From positions 2,688,001-2,752,000 of the forward strand of contig OZ252100.1 in the NCBI GenBank assembly GCA_965248435.1: 64,000 nucleotides of DNA. The letters run 5' to 3'. The stretch comes from Candidatus Latescibacterota bacterium. Its GTDB lineage: Bacteria; Latescibacterota; UBA2968; GCA-2709665. Below, in pieces: positions 28,565 to 38,049 of the stretch. Under the pieces are notes generated by a model. That model was not told the DNA's origin and did not search any database. It saw nothing but the letters and a program-made list of their open reading frames with translations. Both the position numbers and the translations under genes were made by a program. Position 1 is the first letter of the stretch, and every line of letters begins with the position of its first letter.

Positions 28565-29998
28565 ATGACGGACAGCACATTGGCAACAGGGATGAACCGG
28601 GTCGTCCGCTTCCCGGCGTTTCAGGGACAGATCGGCGTCGCCCGTGAGGAAATCACCCCTCCAGCCGGAATCTACTGGCGGCTCTGGGGTGCGGCACAAC
28701 ACGACCTCGCGGAGGGCGTCCATCGGCCGCTGTGGCTGACGGCGATGACCCTGCAGACCGGTCCCGGATGCGATCCGTTTGTCCTGGTCGATTCGGACCT
28801 GATCTGCCTAAGGGACCAGAAGGACGTCGATGAGTTCGTGCCGGATGTTCTGGACGAACTCTCTATCAAACCTGCCCACTTCATCATGTCCTTCGGGCAT
28901 AGCCACGCCTCCCAATACCTGTCCGCCAAAGTAGAGCCTGGATGGCCCGGAGGCGAGTTGATCGAGCCCTACTGGCGGCAGGTCCGTCAAGCGCTCTGCG
29001 ACGCCACACGACATGCGCTGGCCGAAGCCGTTCCGGCAACCTTGACCTGGCATACGGGCCGCTGCAACCTGGCAAAGAACCGCGATCTGATGGACACGCA
29101 GTCTGGAAGAGATCGGCTGGTGTGCGGCTTCAACCCTGAGGTTCCGGCAGACGACACGGTCGTCGTCGGCCGTGTCACCGATGCGAGTGACAGGATCATC
29201 GCCTCGATCGTCAACTACGCCTGCCATCCGACCACGCTGGCCTGGGAGAACAGGCTCGTCTCACCCGACTACATCGGCGCCATGCGTGAGACGATCGAAA
29301 AGGAGACGGGCGGGGCCCCGTCGCTGTTCCTGCAGGGCGCCTCGGGAGAGCTGGCGCCGCGCTATCAATACGTCGGCGATCCTGAGGTGGCCGACGCGAA
29401 CGGCAGACATCTCGGCTACGCCGCCCTCGCGGCCCTGGCCGACATGGAACCGCCCCGGACGGAGCTCGTCTTCGATCGCATCGCGGAATCGGGCGCGCCC
29501 CTGGCGGTCTGGAAGCGGCAGGCGACAACGTGCAGCAATACGCTTCGAGCGGACACGACGACCGTCGATCTTCCACTGAAAGATTGGCCCCCGGCGGCGG
29601 CTCTCGATAAGGAGTACCGAACGACGAAGGATCGGGCCCTGCAGGAGCGGCTGCGCCGGAAGCGGGACATCCGACTCGTCATCGGAGACGGCGACACCTA
29701 CCCGCTGCCGATCTGGGTCTGGCAGGTCGGTGACGCGATCCTGGCCGGCTGCCTCGTCGAGGCCTACTCGCAGCTGCAGATCGACCTGCGCCGTCGTTTC
29801 CCAGAGAACCCCGTCCTGTTCGTCGGGCTCGTAAACGGCTGCATCGGCTACGCACCCCCAGCAGAGCTCTACGACACGGAGGTCTATCAGGTCTGGCAAA
29901 CCCCCTTCGACAGAGGCAGCCTCGAGACGCTCACCGAGGCCTTTACTAACGCTATCGAGTCACTCTTGGCCATGCCTCACGATTCAGCTGCGAAATAG
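28565..29998 (+). CDS. Neutral/alkaline ceramidase-like hydrolase
   Basis: EITPPAG, HSH, NYACHPT, SPDYIG, LQGASGE. Confidence 0.7.
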   Translation: MTDSTLATGMNRVVRFPAFQGQIGVAREEITPPAGIYWRLWGAAQHDLAEGVHRPLWLTAMTLQTGPGCDPFVLVDSDLICLRDQKDVDEFVPDVLDELSIKPAHFIMSFGHSHASQYLSAKVEPGWPGGELIEPYWRQVRQALCDATRHALAEAVPATLTWHTGRCNLAKNRDLMDTQSGRDRLVCGFNPEVPADDTVVVGRVTDASDRIIASIVNYACHPTTLAWENRLVSPDYIGAMRETIEKETGGAPSLFLQGASGELAPRYQYVGDPEVADANGRHLGYAALAALADMEPPRTELVFDRIAESGAPLAVWKRQATTCSNTLRADTTTVDLPLKDWPPAAALDKEYRTTKDRALQERLRRKRDIRLVIGDGDTYPLPIWVWQVGDAILAGCLVEAYSQLQIDLRRRFPENPVLFVGLVNGCIGYAPPAELYDTEVYQVWQTPFDRGSLETLTEAFTNAIESLLAMPHDSAAK

Positions 29999-30031
29999 AA
30001 GGAGCCGCAACGTTAGTCCATCAAATGTCGA

Positions 30032-30062
30032 TGCCCCTGAGGATCAACCTCCGGGGCCTTTC
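30032..30062 (+). terminator. Probable intrinsic terminator
   Basis: GCCCCTGAGG-ATCAA-CCTCCGGGGC followed by CTTTC. Confidence 0.5.
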
Positions 30063-30131
30063 ATGCTTCGCAGGACGATCGGTAGTGATCAAGGTCTACG
30101 TTGTTTCCAGCAAAAACAGGCCTAAATTGCC

Positions 30132-30160
30132 TGTTACCTTTTCTTGTAGATCGCATCTAA
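30132..30160 (+). promoter_or_regulatory. Putative ECF-type autoregulatory promoter
   Basis: TGTTACC-N15-CATCTAA upstream of the ECF gene, resembling the ECF TGTAAC/CGTCTAA pattern. Confidence 0.4.
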
Positions 30161-30204
30161 ATCAGTGACCGCCGACATCAGCAGATTGCCAACGGGGATG
30201 CGCA

Positions 30205-30759
30205 GTGGAAACACAAGCCGATCTTACGCTGATTGTTGCCTGCCAAAACGGAGACCCCAGAGCCTTCCAGAAAGTCTTCGACATCTACAAGGACAGGATC
30301 TACGCGCTTTGCAGGCACATGGCGGGAAACCCCGACGACGCTGAGGACCTGGCTCAGGAGGTCTTCATCTCCGCGTTCAAGAACATCGGCACCTTCAGGG
30401 CCGAGGCCTCCTTCGGCACCTGGCTCTACCGTATCGGCGCCAACCGATGCCTCACCGAGCTCAGAAAACGCACCCCAACCTTTCGGTCTTTCGAAGCCCT
30501 GAGTGACGTGGAGAAGTTGCCTCACGCACCCAACCCGGAAGACCTCGTCGTGCGCAAGGAACTCTCTGACCGAGTGGAGGCCGCCGTGGCCGCGCTGCCC
30601 GAAAACCTGCGGCTCCTCTTTGTGCTCGGTACGCTCGAAGGCATGCGCTACAAGGAAATCGCCGAAATCGTCGACTGTTCTGAAGACGCCGTGAAGATGC
30701 GCATCCATCGCGCGCGTAAGCGGATCCGCGACACCCTCAAGCCTTACTTAGAGAATTGA
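30205..30759 (+). CDS. ECF RNA polymerase sigma factor
   Basis: DAEDLAQEVF, FGTWLYRI, region 4 YKEIAEI...VKMRIHRAR. Confidence 0.93.
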   Translation: METQADLTLIVACQNGDPRAFQKVFDIYKDRIYALCRHMAGNPDDAEDLAQEVFISAFKNIGTFRAEASFGTWLYRIGANRCLTELRKRTPTFRSFEALSDVEKLPHAPNPEDLVVRKELSDRVEAAVAALPENLRLLFVLGTLEGMRYKEIAEIVDCSEDAVKMRIHRARKRIRDTLKPYLEN

Positions 30760-30773
30760 AGGGAACCCAACCG

Positions 30774-31202
30774 ATGAACTGCTCTACCTGTGAACGCATC
30801 CTGTCGGCCTACATCGACGACGAACTCACGAACGAGGCGCGTCTCGAAGTGGAAGCCCACTTCGACACCTGCGAGCGCTGCCGCAAGGACTATGAATCCC
30901 ACCTGCTGGCCTGGGAAGCGGCCGGAGGCCTTCGCACGGGATCCGCACCCGAAGGCCTGTGGAGGGCCGTCGAGTCCGAGGTCCAGCAAAAGGGCACAGC
31001 CACCACGACCGAAGAACTGGCGCTCGTTGTCCGTGGCCTGGCAGGGGAGGTGCGCGACCTGAAGCAGGCGGTGGAATCTCTGCGCGCGGACCTGGAATCG
31101 GAACTGACGGAGGCACAGGAAGGCGATTCTGAGCGCGTCCGCCGGTTTCATCAATTGAGAGTCTGGAGCGAAACACCTTCCAGGGTCGAATCCGCAAGAT
31201 AG
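30774..31202 (+). CDS. Soluble zinc-finger (zf-HC2/ZAS) anti-sigma factor with coiled-coil tail
   Basis: MNC, LSAYIDDEL, HFDTCERC (HxxxCxxC); no TM helix; heptad-like LAGEVRDLKQAVESLRADL. Confidence 0.85.
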   Translation: MNCSTCERILSAYIDDELTNEARLEVEAHFDTCERCRKDYESHLLAWEAAGGLRTGSAPEGLWRAVESEVQQKGTATTTEELALVVRGLAGEVRDLKQAVESLRADLESELTEAQEGDSERVRRFHQLRVWSETPSRVESAR

Positions 31203-31259
31203 AGATACAAGACCTGAGATGCCAGGTGAGGTCTATCGGAATAGTTAGAGGAGACTGAC

Positions 31260-32294
31260 ATGGCAGAATCGAAAACAAAGGAAGAGGCTAGCGGGGACGA
31301 GACTCCAAAGGAGCGGATTGTCACTTACGACTTCAAACACCCTGCCCGGGTCTCAAAAGATCAAATGAGGACCCTGGAGAATCTGCATTCCAACCTGGCG
31401 CGGATGATGTCCTCCTCCTTTTCCACGTTCCATCGCTCCATGGTGGATGTAGACATCAAGTTCGTAGACCAGACAACCTACGCAGAATTCATCATGTGGC
31501 TCTCCAATCCCTCTTGTTCATACACGTTTGTGCTCGAGCCCCTGGGCGGGCCCGCCATCATCGACATACCAATGGGGATGGTTTCCGCGTTTATCGATCG
31601 TCAGTTCGGGGGGACGGACGATCCGCCGCCCATGCCGCGCGTCGTGACCACCATCGAACGAATCATCATGGCTCAGGTCATCAGAAGAATGATGGCCGAC
31701 CTGGAAGCCACGTGGGAACCGTTGATCAAGACTCAGGTGTCCAATGCGGAGCTGGAGACCAACCCGGAATTCATGCAGGTGGCGGCGCCTGGAGACACGG
31801 TGGTCCTTATTGCATTTGAGGTAAACTTCGCCGAGGTTGACGCTGCAGATCGGAAACCGGGCACGCATCGGATCAGCAGAGGCAACCGGCAGCTTTGGCC
31901 TAAAGATGATGAACGCCAACGAGTGATCAGCCTCTGCTATCCTTACTTCACTCTTGAACCGATAATGAACTATCTGAACGTGCAGACGTGGGCCGGGCGG
32001 GCGGGCGGCAGGCGGGGGCGAGAGGAGACTCGCCAGAAGCGGCTGGAGCAGTTAAGAGGCATCCAAACAGAAATCCGGGTTGATTGGGGCCTGGGTGAAG
32101 CTTCGCCGAAAGAAGTGGCCGACCTCCGTGTCGGAGACACGATCGTTCTGGATACCAGAACCGATGACCCCGGCGTCGTATATGTAGGGGGCCAGCCGAT
32201 CTTCCTTGCCCGTCCGGGCCTCAGCGCCCGGAACCATTACGCGGTTGAATTGCTCCGTTCGCTGAGTCAAGAGGAGGTAAGAGATCATGTCTGA
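31260..32294 (+). CDS. fliM: FliM-like flagellar switch protein
   Basis: YDFKHPARVSKDQMRTL, QTTYAEF, ETNPEF, SLCYPY, C-terminal SPOA (LRVGDTIVLD). Confidence 0.88.
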   Translation: MAESKTKEEASGDETPKERIVTYDFKHPARVSKDQMRTLENLHSNLARMMSSSFSTFHRSMVDVDIKFVDQTTYAEFIMWLSNPSCSYTFVLEPLGGPAIIDIPMGMVSAFIDRQFGGTDDPPPMPRVVTTIERIIMAQVIRRMMADLEATWEPLIKTQVSNAELETNPEFMQVAAPGDTVVLIAFEVNFAEVDAADRKPGTHRISRGNRQLWPKDDERQRVISLCYPYFTLEPIMNYLNVQTWAGRAGGRRGREETRQKRLEQLRGIQTEIRVDWGLGEASPKEVADLRVGDTIVLDTRTDDPGVVYVGGQPIFLARPGLSARNHYAVELLRSLSQEEVRDHV

Positions 32295-32595
32295 GGAAAA
32301 GGACAGAGTCAAGACTCGTGAGGTCGATCCGAGCTGGCCCAGGGATCTGGATGCCCGTCTTCAGCGGCTTGGAAAGGCGGGCTTGGAAGTGTCTGTCGTC
32401 CTGGGTAGTACGAAGCTGCCCATCGAAGAGATCGTAAACGCAGAGCAGGGCACGCTCTTCGAACTGGACCGGATGAGCGGGCAGCCGATGGACATCCTGG
32501 TCAACGGAACGCCGTTCGCGAAGGGAGAAATCGTCATCGTTGGGGACCATTTAGCGGTCCGCATCAATGAGCTTCTCGCGCCCGAAGAGATGTAA
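32287..32595 (+). CDS. fliN: FliN-like SPOA protein
   Basis: LEVSVVLG, ELDRMSGQPMDILVNG, AKGEIV, AVRI. Confidence 0.85.
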   Translation: MSEEKDRVKTREVDPSWPRDLDARLQRLGKAGLEVSVVLGSTKLPIEEIVNAEQGTLFELDRMSGQPMDILVNGTPFAKGEIVIVGDHLAVRINELLAPEEM

Positions 32596-32606
32596 GGAGA
32601 ACACCG

Positions 32607-33611
32607 ATGACCAAAGGAACCGAGACATCTGCCTCAGGTCGAATGCTACAATCAAGCCAGGTTGCAGACATCCCCAAGGGCGCAAAGCCAGCACCCTGGA
32701 AGCCCGCTGTCTTGACAGGCCAGCGGACCTACCCACCCCTCGAGATGCAGCTCGCGCAGCACAAAGAGGCTGCTGAGAAAGCGAGGGAGCCTAAACCTGC
32801 CCGCGAGCGACAGACGGCGCCTCCTGAGCCTCAGGACGGGGGGCCGATTGCTCCGGATGAGTCGATGGAACAGATCGCCGCGCGCAGGCCAATAGACGTA
32901 GCAAGGGCAGTAAGTACGCTGCTGATGCAGGCGGATGGCGAAAGCGCCGGCCTTCCAGCGGACCTGAAAGTTGCGATCCTGATCGTGGGCCTCGGCTCCG
33001 ATCTTTCAGCCGGTGTAATCAAATACCTGGCCGAACCGAAGATATCTCAGATCGCCCGTGCCGTCGCGGAGCTCGAAAGCGTCACCACCCGGCAGAGAGA
33101 CGACGTCTTCGACGAAGTCAAGCATCTGATATCTGGGAATCACCTTCTCCAGGGGGGAACTGCCTTCGCTCGGAACCTACTCGAGAAGGCGCTCGGTGAA
33201 CGGAAGGGACGGGCGATGATGTGGCGGGTGAGCGGAACGACCGAAAGAAAATTCGATTTGTTCCGAAACATCGATCCTGAACAAATCGTGTCCTTCATCG
33301 CGAGGGAACATCCGCAGACGATCGCCCTCATCCTGTCGCAGTTGGATGCGAAACAGGCAGCAGGGGTGCTCAACGGTCTCTCAGAGGAACTTCAGGATGA
33401 CGTGATCCTCCGCATCACCCAGATGGAGACCATTTCTCCCGAGGCGCTCAGTAGACTCGAACAGGGCCTGGCGGAGGACATCCACGCGATTCTGGCGGGT
33501 CAAGTCGAGGTAGGTGGGCAGAAAGCTGCAGCCGAGATTGTAAAGCAGGCGGAAGTCCTGCGCCAAAAAAGAGAGGAATCTCAAAATGCCCACGAAAAGG
33601 AAGGCACCTGA
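32607..33611 (+). CDS. fliG: FliG-like protein (N and M domains, no C domain)
   Basis: KVAILIVGLG (FliG-N), GG..FARNLLEKALG, EHPQTIALILSQL (FliG-M); ends shortly after VGGQKAAAEI. Confidence 0.85.
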   Translation: MTKGTETSASGRMLQSSQVADIPKGAKPAPWKPAVLTGQRTYPPLEMQLAQHKEAAEKAREPKPARERQTAPPEPQDGGPIAPDESMEQIAARRPIDVARAVSTLLMQADGESAGLPADLKVAILIVGLGSDLSAGVIKYLAEPKISQIARAVAELESVTTRQRDDVFDEVKHLISGNHLLQGGTAFARNLLEKALGERKGRAMMWRVSGTTERKFDLFRNIDPEQIVSFIAREHPQTIALILSQLDAKQAAGVLNGLSEELQDDVILRITQMETISPEALSRLEQGLAEDIHAILAGQVEVGGQKAAAEIVKQAEVLRQKREESQNAHEKEGT

Positions 33612-33864
33612 GCCCAGGGCAACGGCGCCCAATCGGGCCGCAGAAGTAGAAATGGACGTGAGCGTGGAACTCGGTCGCGTTCGCGTTCCCCTGGAGCGAC
33701 TCCTGACCTGGAGAGAAGGATCTACACTGGAGCTTTCCAAGGTATCAGGCGATCCAGCCGACGTGCTGGTCAACGGCGAACCGTTTGCCTGGGGCGAAGT
33801 CGTGACCGTTGGTGAAAGTTTTGGCGTTCGGTTAACGAAGATCCTGAACCGGGATGCTGTTTAG
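33586..33864 (+). CDS. fliN: Second FliN-like SPOA protein
   Basis: VSVELGR, GSTLEL, DVLVNG, GEVVTVGESFGVRL. Confidence 0.85.
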   Translation: MPTKRKAPEPRATAPNRAAEVEMDVSVELGRVRVPLERLLTWREGSTLELSKVSGDPADVLVNGEPFAWGEVVTVGESFGVRLTKILNRDAV

Positions 33865-34218
33865 GTGCTCCAACATCGACAGCATCTCCTCGGCTTCCTG
33901 CCTGTGACCAGCGGCCTCCTGATCGGCGCCTGTCTCGTCTACTGCGCCGTCTGGTGGATCCCCCACCCCATGACGATTGCCGATCCTGACTGCAGCATCA
34001 CCTGCTGGGCCTACTGCGCCACGCAGAGCCCTTTCTGGGGCACCCTGACCGCGGTCCTTGCAGCCGGTCTCTGTTTTGGCGGCATCCTGATCCTCCTACG
34101 CAAAGAATACGGTATTGAGACCAGTCTTGTCCTCGGTATCCTCACCCTGCCCACAGGGCTCCTCGCGGTCGTCCCCTTCGCCTTCAACCGCTGGTCGCTC
34201 AGTCACCGAGAGGCCTGA
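33865..34218 (+). CDS. Small membrane protein (about 3 TM), hypothetical
   Basis: GTG directly after the fliN stop; hydrophobic segments; CxxxCxxxC loop. Confidence 0.55.
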   Translation: MLQHRQHLLGFLPVTSGLLIGACLVYCAVWWIPHPMTIADPDCSITCWAYCATQSPFWGTLTAVLAAGLCFGGILILLRKEYGIETSLVLGILTLPTGLLAVVPFAFNRWSLSHREA

Positions 34219-34269
34219 GAGAACCCCGCGTCCGCTCAAGCAAGAATCCCAAAAAGTGATGATGTAATG

Positions 34270-35529
34270 CTATCGGTAGGGTAGCGGCTCTGGGTCCAGC
34301 CATCGACACGCTCTGTCTTTGATCGCCCAGGTCGTGAAGAAGTTTCCCGCTGGAGTGTGGTGTTGATGGCCGATATAGTAACGATCCAGGTAGGTGTCGA
34401 TGTCTGTGTTGAACTGGCTGTACTCTCTAACAAACGCCTCCCGCATATCGATGACTGGAAAATCCCGGTTCTCGAGCCATTCCCGAAAGGACCGGTCGAA
34501 CCTCGGCTTTCCAGCCAGTTCGGCCGCCACATTCCCGCGGCAAAACGAAAGCATGAGCAGAAGCTTCTTGCCGGTTTCCTGAGTCAAGGCTTCGACTCGC
34601 TCCACAACATACCGGGTTGCAAAAAGAGCGGCCTCGGTATGGAGATCAACGATCTGGGCATACAGGTCGCCGTCGGAGCCCTGATCAAGGGACATCCCGA
34701 GGCCAGCGGCTGCAGCTGTGGCCACCTCGTGGAAGGACTTCTGATCTGCTTTTGTGGAGGATTCGGAGGCCTGCATCCTCCGACGCAGGTTTGGAACAGG
34801 TCCGGGGAAGGTGTCAAGATCGACCTCCTCTTCACCCGGCCTGCCCTCCCCCGGCCTGAGGGCTTCGACCTGGGCAACGACCAGCTTCAGCACCGGGTCA
34901 TCCTGGTATGCCTCCCATACAAACTCTGAGTCACAGAGGTCATAAACCGCTTCGGGCGTGCCGCTCGGGTTCTCGACCTCCTCACAGGTGCCCTTGCCGA
35001 GGTCGACCTTCAAGTGCGGGAGCGTAAACCTGGGCACGATGTCCATTCGGATCGATTGCCAGGCGTCCAGGTTGCGGAAATGGTCGTCGTCGAAAATATT
35101 GAGAATGATGTACTCCGCACCTGAATCCATCTCTACCCTGCACATGCGACGATAGGCCTGGTAGACGCTGCACCCCCCAACGCCGTAATTTCGGATGGGC
35201 TCCTGGATGTGTGCAGCGAGGTATTCCTGCCAGGTTTCACCGTCACTGACCTGGTGGCCGTGGGTAAAGCTGTCACCGTAACTGTGGATGCGACACGGTC
35301 GATCCGAAAAATTGACCACGCGCCGTGCTCCGTCCGATTCGTAATTGTAAAACCCTTTCGAACCCTCGATGCTGTTTTCACGCACGCCCGAGGTGTGTAC
35401 CCACCCAAGGTCCGCGTCAAACGCCCTGAAGTCTGACTCTGCCGCTGATCCATTGACGGCAGGCCGCACGAATCGGTCTATCATCTCCCGGCTGGGAACC
35501 AGGGAATCCAAATACGCCTTCCGGTCCAA
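34270..35529 (-). CDS. SGNH/GDSL hydrolase-like protein
   Basis: YGDSFTHG, NYGVGG, HHTPAGN. Confidence 0.7.
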   Translation of the reverse strand: MDRKAYLDSLVPSREMIDRFVRPAVNGSAAESDFRAFDADLGWVHTSGVRENSIEGSKGFYNYESDGARRVVNFSDRPCRIHSYGDSFTHGHQVSDGETWQEYLAAHIQEPIRNYGVGGCSVYQAYRRMCRVEMDSGAEYIILNIFDDDHFRNLDAWQSIRMDIVPRFTLPHLKVDLGKGTCEEVENPSGTPEAVYDLCDSEFVWEAYQDDPVLKLVVAQVEALRPGEGRPGEEEVDLDTFPGPVPNLRRRMQASESSTKADQKSFHEVATAAAAGLGMSLDQGSDGDLYAQIVDLHTEAALFATRYVVERVEALTQETGKKLLLMLSFCRGNVAAELAGKPRFDRSFREWLENRDFPVIDMREAFVREYSQFNTDIDTYLDRYYIGHQHHTPAGNFFTTWAIKDRACRWLDPEPLPYR

Positions 35530-35600
35530 GCGATCTCCTTAAGATTCAGTATCTCGTATCTCGCCAAATGTATGCCCCGATTGACCTTTCTGTACCCAGT

Positions 35601-35627
35601 ACCCGTGTTTTGATTTCCCGGTACCCG
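35601..35627. repeat. Dispersed intergenic repeat, copy 3
   Basis: ACCCGTGTTTTGATTTCCCGGTACCCG. Confidence 0.7.
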
Positions 35628-35643
35628 GTCTTTCAATCCGAAA

Positions 35644-36768
35644 TCAGATCAGTCTGCCCAGTACCTCGAGAAGTCGTTCCACATCCGCGCTTCCGTTGAA
35701 CGCGTGTGTCGCGATCCGCATCCGTCCGCCATATCCATCACAAAGGACGCGCTGCTCCACCAACCTGTCTTTGAGAGACTCAGCTTCTTCGTAAATGCAA
35801 CATGTATTGCCCGAACGCGCTTCCCGCTTTTGCGGGCTGATCATGGTCAGGCCGAGTCCCTCCAGACCCGCATAGACCTGCTCTGAGAGATCCCTGGCAT
35901 GGCATTCGATCCGTTCCATGCCAATCCCCAGCAGCACCTCGAGGGACTGATCAAGGTACATCACCACCAGCTTGGCCACATTCCCCGGCTCGAGTCGCTC
36001 CGGCATCGGCTTTTCCCCGACCTCGGCCGGGCGCTCCGGCGACTGGAGCGGCCATATGTCCACATTGTGCCAGCCGAAACAGGTCGCGGCTGTCCTGGCT
36101 TCCGCCCGTTCGCTCAGGTAACAGGGGGCGACTCCGTGCGTCGCGAGCATCCACTTATAACTGCTGCTCACGGTCAAGTCGGTCACATCCGCCGGGACGG
36201 TCAACACACCTGAGGCGTGTGTGGCATCCACGGCCAGAAGCACATCGTTCAGGCCTTCCGAAAGCCGCCGCAGGTTCAGGCACTGCCCCGTGTAGAAGCT
36301 GACCTGGCTGACAGCCATCACGCGTGTTCGATGGTCCACAGCCGCGAGAAGGTCCTCTTCGTGAACGATCAGATCCTTGTGCGGCACCATTCTGACCTGC
36401 ACGCCTCGATCCTTCAGCTGTTTCCAGGCATAAACCACGGAGGGAAATTCGAGGTTGGACGTCACGACATTGTCGCCGTCCCGCCAATCCAACCCCCTTG
36501 CCAGCCAGTTCATACCTTCGGCCGCCGAGGGCATGAAGGCGACCCTCTCTGCCGGAACACCCCACAGCTCGCCCATTCGCTGCCGACATCGTGCCACACG
36601 CGCGATAAGCTTATCCCGCCCCTCCCACGAGGCACTCTTCCACTCCTTGAACGACCGATAAACCTCGTCGTGTGCCTTCAACCAGGGCCCCTCGCCGCCG
36701 GAGCCGAGATGCGTCACGCCCTCCAGTCCAACGAATTCGTCGGGTGAAATCAGGGGTTCTATGGTCAC
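35644..36768 (-). CDS. Class V PLP-dependent aminotransferase/cysteine desulfurase-like
   Basis: EFPS, VDATH, SSYKW (PLP lysine). Confidence 0.88.
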   Translation of the reverse strand: MTIEPLISPDEFVGLEGVTHLGSGGEGPWLKAHDEVYRSFKEWKSASWEGRDKLIARVARCRQRMGELWGVPAERVAFMPSAAEGMNWLARGLDWRDGDNVVTSNLEFPSVVYAWKQLKDRGVQVRMVPHKDLIVHEEDLLAAVDHRTRVMAVSQVSFYTGQCLNLRRLSEGLNDVLLAVDATHASGVLTVPADVTDLTVSSSYKWMLATHGVAPCYLSERAEARTAATCFGWHNVDIWPLQSPERPAEVGEKPMPERLEPGNVAKLVVMYLDQSLEVLLGIGMERIECHARDLSEQVYAGLEGLGLTMISPQKREARSGNTCCIYEEAESLKDRLVEQRVLCDGYGGRMRIATHAFNGSADVERLLEVLGRLI

Positions 36769-36807
36769 GTTAGCAGCTTCCTCTCCTCATTGCTATCTGT
36801 CACGCTA

Positions 36808-36927
36808 CCAGCTTCAAGATTCTGGAGTATTGCAGTACTGGAGTGTTGGAGTAATGCAAAACCTTGTCTCTCCAATACTCCATTACTCCATTACTCCATT
36901 GCTCCATTGCTCCATTGCTCCAACACT
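36808..36927. repeat. Octamer-based inverted-repeat element, copy 2
   Basis: TGGAGTAT/TGGAGTGT units opposed to six or seven tandem T(A/G)CTCCAT units. Confidence 0.8.
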
Positions 36928-36994
36928 AGCACTTCGCTGCTCAATCCCTTCGATATTCGACATCCTCTGTTTTGATGAGATACATCGTGTTATT

Positions 36995-38049
36995 TCATCT
37001 ATGAAAAACGTAAAGATCCCTGTTATCCAGAGGCAGTTCCACCCACGCGCCGCCCTGTCTGTGGCTCTCAGCCACCATCAGACACGCCTCGGTGATGTGA
37101 TGTGTCGTTTCCACATCCCCCAAGGTGGGATTTCCTGACTCGTGGGCATTCAGAAGATCCTCCAGGCAGATCACCACGGTACTCTTCGCCTCCGCCGCGG
37201 GCACGTCGGCATCCACCCAGATCGCCCGTTTACCCCCCTGGTTCTCGGCCCTTCGAAGTTGCGTGTTGAACCCATTGTTCATCGACCGGACCGCCCCTTC
37301 CTCTCCGATGACTTCGAACTCCCAGGGCCCCTCCGGAACACTCCACGCCTCAACACCGTTCTCGAAAACGATATCGAAGATCGCATCCGGGTCCGCATCC
37401 AGGCGATTGTTTCTGATCGTTGGAGGTTCAGACTTGTCCCGGGAACGAAGCTCTCCCCGGACAGACACGATCTTCGGATCGTCCAGCAGGTAGGAAATCG
37501 TGTCGATCGAATGGATATGTCCGTGCAGGAGATTCGTTCGGCCGTAATGAACGGCCACCCTTGGCTTGCCGATCTTGCCCGATTCGATAACTTCCCTGAC
37601 GGCCCAGTAGCGCGGGTCGAAACGGCGCAGGACACCGGTGTTGAACAGCGTGCCGTGTTTAATACATTCGTCGCGAACGAAATCGGCCTCTATCTGGAAC
37701 AGGCCATAGCCTTTTCCAGATAGAGCATCGGGACGCCAGCACGAGCCACAGCCACGCCCATCTCCGCGTGGAGGTGTCCCCTTGTACAGACGGCCACCAT
37801 ATCAGGCTTCTCCCTCTCCATCATTTCGACATAATCTTCATAGAGTGCGCTGCTGCCCCACCTTTCACCGAAAACATCTCGTTTTTCCGAATCCGTATCC
37901 GCCCCGGCGATCAACTCAAGCCGATCGCTGAATTTACAGCATGCCGCAATGGAATAGGGTAAGGTGTTTGAAGGGGACCCCTTCAACTCGTCATCGATCG
38001 TGCTCCCCATGCGCCCAAGACCGACGATCGCGACTCGATAGCTCTTCAT
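36995..38049 (-). CDS. Gfo/Idh/MocA oxidoreductase split by a frameshift near 37694
   Basis: GLGRMG...LEKAMACS, continuing in the -1 frame as IEADFVRDECIKHGTLFNTGVLRRF into ORF 36995..37558. Confidence 0.82.

Noticed and set aside
36808-36927. Octamer arrays as a CRISPR array
   Set aside because: Units are 8 bp, contiguous and have no spacers; no cas genes in the window.
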